The notes beneath the pieces were generated by a model that saw nothing but the letters and a program-made list of their open reading frames with translations, did no database searches and was not told the DNA's origin. From Vicinamibacterales bacterium (GTDB lineage Bacteria; Acidobacteriota; Vicinamibacteria; Vicinamibacterales; CAVVIG01): a stretch of 64,000 nt of DNA. The position numbers were made by a program, and so were the translations under genes. How positions within the stretch are numbered: the first letter of the stretch is position 1; every line of letters starts with the position of its first letter. Where the stretch lies: NCBI GenBank assembly GCA_035537875.1, contig DATLLJ010000103.1, positions 2,999-66,998 on the forward strand, written 5' to 3'. This document shows, piece by piece, positions 61,424 through 64,000 of the stretch.

Positions 61424-64000
61424 TTAGGCCCGCCACCCAGACGAACGTTCCACCCGCCCCGTCAGGTTCCCGTGCTCGTCGTAGTCGTACGTCTCCGCGT
61501 GCGTGAGCGGGTCGGTCCTGCTCGCCACCCGGTCCTGGGTGTCGTACGCATAGCTCGTCACGTGGTTCAACGCGTCGGTGAGCGACAGGAGATTGCCGTT
61601 CGGGTCGTAGGTCAGGGTGGTCTGCGCCCCAAGTGGATCGATCAGGCGTGTCACCTGATTCACATCGTTGTATTCGTACTGCGTCGTGCGTCCCACGGCG
61701 GTCGTGGTGGCGACGACGCGCCCTCCCCCGTCGGTGACCTGGCCGGCGGTCTGGCCCAACGGGTCCGTCACGGTTGCCAGATCGCCGTTGACGTAGCCGA
61801 GCGAGGTGGTGTGTGCCCCAGCGCGTTCGTCACCGACAGCGGCAGCCCCAGCCCGTCATACGTCGCCGTTGTTTGCCGGTTGAGCGGTGCCGTAACGCTG
61901 GTCAGATTGCCCTCCGCGTCGTACCCGAACGTCGTCGTGTGATTGAGCGCATCAGTGATCGACGCCACCTGATTGAACGTCGATTCGTAGGTCAGCGAGG
62001 TCGTCACCGCTTCGCTCGTATCCGCCAGCCGGGTCACGCTGGTCGGGTTGCCCATCGAATCGTAGGTGTAGGCCGTCTTTCGACTGAGGGGATCCGTCAG
62101 CGACAGCAACAGATTCGTATTGGCCTGCCTGGTCAGGTTCGTCGTGCGGGCCAGCGCCGTGCCCAAGGCCTCGGTCTGCGACGTGCTGTAGCCCGCGGCA
62201 TTGAAGGTCACGCGGCGGACGTGCCCGCGAGGGTCGGTGACCTCGGCCTCCGTGACCTTCCCCGCCCCGTCGAGCGTGTACGCGAACTCGTACGTCGTGT
62301 CGTCAGCCTGCGTCTGCCGGCTGACCCGGCCGTTCGCGTCGTATTCGTTCGTCAGGTAAACGATGCCGCGGGCATCCTTCAGCGTGAGCATGCGGTGGTT
62401 CGTATCGTAGGTGTATTCGGTGACGCCGCCCACGGCATCGGTGACCTTCCACAGCCGGCCGCTCGCATCGTACTGGTAGAGGACTTCTCGACCGAGATTG
62501 TCGGCCACGCGCGTGACCCGAAAGCTGCTGTCGTACGTGAACTCCAGCCAGCGACCGTGCGGGGCGATCACGCGGGTGATGTCCCGGTGATTGTTGCGCA
62601 TCACCGTCAGCACATTCCCGCGGCGATCCTGGATTTTGAGGAGGGCCGCTTGCTGAGGCCGGTTCGCTGCGTACGCCTCGGGGAACACGTACAACGTCCC
62701 GTCCCGGGTCGTGAGATTCCAGCCCCGGCCGTTCCACCGGACCTGGGATTTGAACCACGCCGAGGGGCTCGAGGTGTGCTCGTACACCGCGTCCCAGTAG
62801 TTCGTGCCCACCGAGGTCCGGGTGTAGTGCACCCGCGCGCCGTCCGGCAGAATCAGGTCCACGTAGGTGTATGGAAAGGTATCGCCCACGAGAAACATGT
62901 CATACAGGTGGCTCGCGCCGATCCCGAACGCGCGCGAGCGCGTGTCGTTCGGGCGATACCAGCGCTGGAGCGTGAGCGGCAACGTATCCGGGAGCTCCAG
63001 GTCCGTCTTGTTGAGGATGAAGAGCCCGGTGCCGAGATCCACCGGGTCGCCACCCCACCCGAAGAAGTTCGCCAGCAGCCGCGCGAGCAGGGCCGCCAGG
63101 GAGGACGGCGATACCATGGCGCCCGTGAATTCGTGAATCGACACACCCGGATCGGGCGCGATCTGTCTTCCATCGGGCGTGACGCTCCCGCTGCCGTACA
63201 CGTACCAGCCACGCCCGTCCTCGGGGTCGTAGTGCCAGAACTCCATCGGGCTGCCCGGCGAGCGCCGGAGTTCATTCGGATAAATGATTCGGGCGCCCTG
63301 CCCGTACCCTTCGTCTGGCCATACACGGAGACATACGCGCCGCCGGGTTGGATCGTGAAGTAGATCGGCACGTCCACGTGTTCGGGCAGCGGAAAGGGCG
63401 GCCGGTCGAGCGGAATCGGCGTCAGGCTCACGCTCGTCACCGCCCGGCCATCGTGATCGCGAATCACCGCACCTGGCGGCAGGCGCAGCTCCAGACCCGG
63501 CATCGTCGGCGTAGTGATGACGGTCTCGGTCGTCGTCGGCGAGGCAATCGTGACGGCGTGCGCCGTGTCGATCACGGGCATCCAGATCGCATACGGCAGG
63601 ACGATCGTGCGGCCGGCCGTGACATGGACGCCCGTCTCGAAGGTTCCGTAGGTACGGTTGGGCCGGCTCGCGGGCCGGCCGTCGATCCACAGCTCACGCC
63701 AGCCGGACGGCCCGTCCAGTGGTGCGATCACAAACCGGCCCGCACGGTCGGTGTAGGAGGTGCGGCCGTCCATCTCGACTAGCGCTCCGGCTAGTGGCTG
63801 GCCGTTGAGCCGCAGCATCTGTCCCGACACGGCTGTGACGCCGGCGCTGGCCCGAAGCGGGGGCATGTCGCGCCAGGGCGAGTCCGTGCGGCCCGTGCGC
63901 CACTCCTCCATGGCGCTGGGATTCCAGACTTCGCCTTCGGGATCCGGTGGCGATGACGCGTCGCGCCAGTCGCCCTCCGACGTCGAAGGTGCCGTCCGAA
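61424..64000 (-). pseudogene. RHS/YD-repeat protein, 5' end outside window, two frameshifts, no C-terminal core/toxin
   Basis: Three consecutive frames carry one continuous RHS architecture. Frame 1 (64000-about 63320) has a CarboxypepD_reg-like N-region and IYFTIQPGGAYV. Frame 2 (to about 61810) has GARIIYPNE...FWHYDPEDGRGWYVYG and many YD repeats (YQYDASGRL, YTYDTNHRM, YEFAYTLDG...). Frame 3 (to 61424) has more YD repeats, ending RVERSSGWRA-stop. I see no PxxxxDPxGL core-end motif. Confidence 0.8.

Noticed and set aside
61813-63363. 516-aa plus-strand ORF opposite the RHS gene
   Set aside because: Antisense shadow of YD repeats. It has no motifs and extreme Arg content.

Overview
All calls below come from hand translation and visual motif recognition. 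Every family or DUF name needs HMM confirmation.

**Overall character.** This is a gene-dense, high-GC bacterial chromosome segment, roughly two-thirds GC by eye. Many neighbouring genes are joined by 4-nt GTGA/ATGA start-stop overlaps. The gene content looks like a soil Acidobacteriota/Gemmatimonadota-type genome: DUF-rich membrane proteins, paired M16 peptidases, an RHS gene, multihaem cytochromes and cold-shock genes. That taxonomic guess is inference only.

**1-21.5 kb, all on the minus strand.**
- A lysine/DAP operon: asd, dapB, dapA, dapD, an M20 DapE-like gene, and a MutS-related gene that runs off the left edge. A terminator/antiterminator leader precedes it.
- A six-gene operon: Mrp/ApbC, a DUF3347-like lipoprotein, two M16 peptidases, an MDR dehydrogenase and a small membrane protein.
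- A group of small zinc-ribbon proteins.
- A translationally coupled operon: exported protein, AddB-like Fe-S nuclease, nuclease-less UvrD helicase, DUF488.

**22.1-30.6 kb.** tRNA-Ala(GGC) is followed by two tandem, decayed integrative islands.
- Three copies of the tRNA 3' end bound the islands.
- Each island starts with the same convergent module: a GIY-YIG gene abutting a truncated large serine recombinase.
- Island A cargo is mostly broken: a DUF4258/DUF2283 toxin-antitoxin pair, an AraC-GlxA regulator, a rhodanese and a SnoaL-like gene.
- Island B carries one HExxH protein.

**30.8-64 kb.**
- Metabolic and membrane genes: a VOC protein, a frameshifted arylsulfatase, a GT-C-like/DUF3108 fusion, a TPR-DUF2914 protein and a DUF2182 protein.
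- A low-GC patch next to a B12-type radical SAM gene.
- Alpha-glucan phosphorylase, two csp genes, and a catalytically degenerate ABC ATPase.
- A Fur-rubrerythrin fusion coupled to a PHP phosphoesterase, then ErpA and an orphan FdhE.
- A cytochrome c/beta-barrel fusion with a pentahaem cytochrome.
- RES-Xre and VapBC toxin-antitoxin modules.
- A frameshifted, toxin-less RHS gene that runs off the right edge.

**Most unexplained signal.** A family of AT-rich intergenic elements is built from tandem octamers arranged as large imperfect palindromes. They occur at 3.3, 11.9, 12.7, 44.6 and 48.3 kb, and some contain or abut start and stop codons.

**Not found.** No rRNA, CRISPR array, reverse transcriptase or prophage structural genes.

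**Caveat.** Several single-nucleotide frameshifts sit at short homopolymers or dinucleotide runs. They may be assembly errors rather than real pseudogenes.
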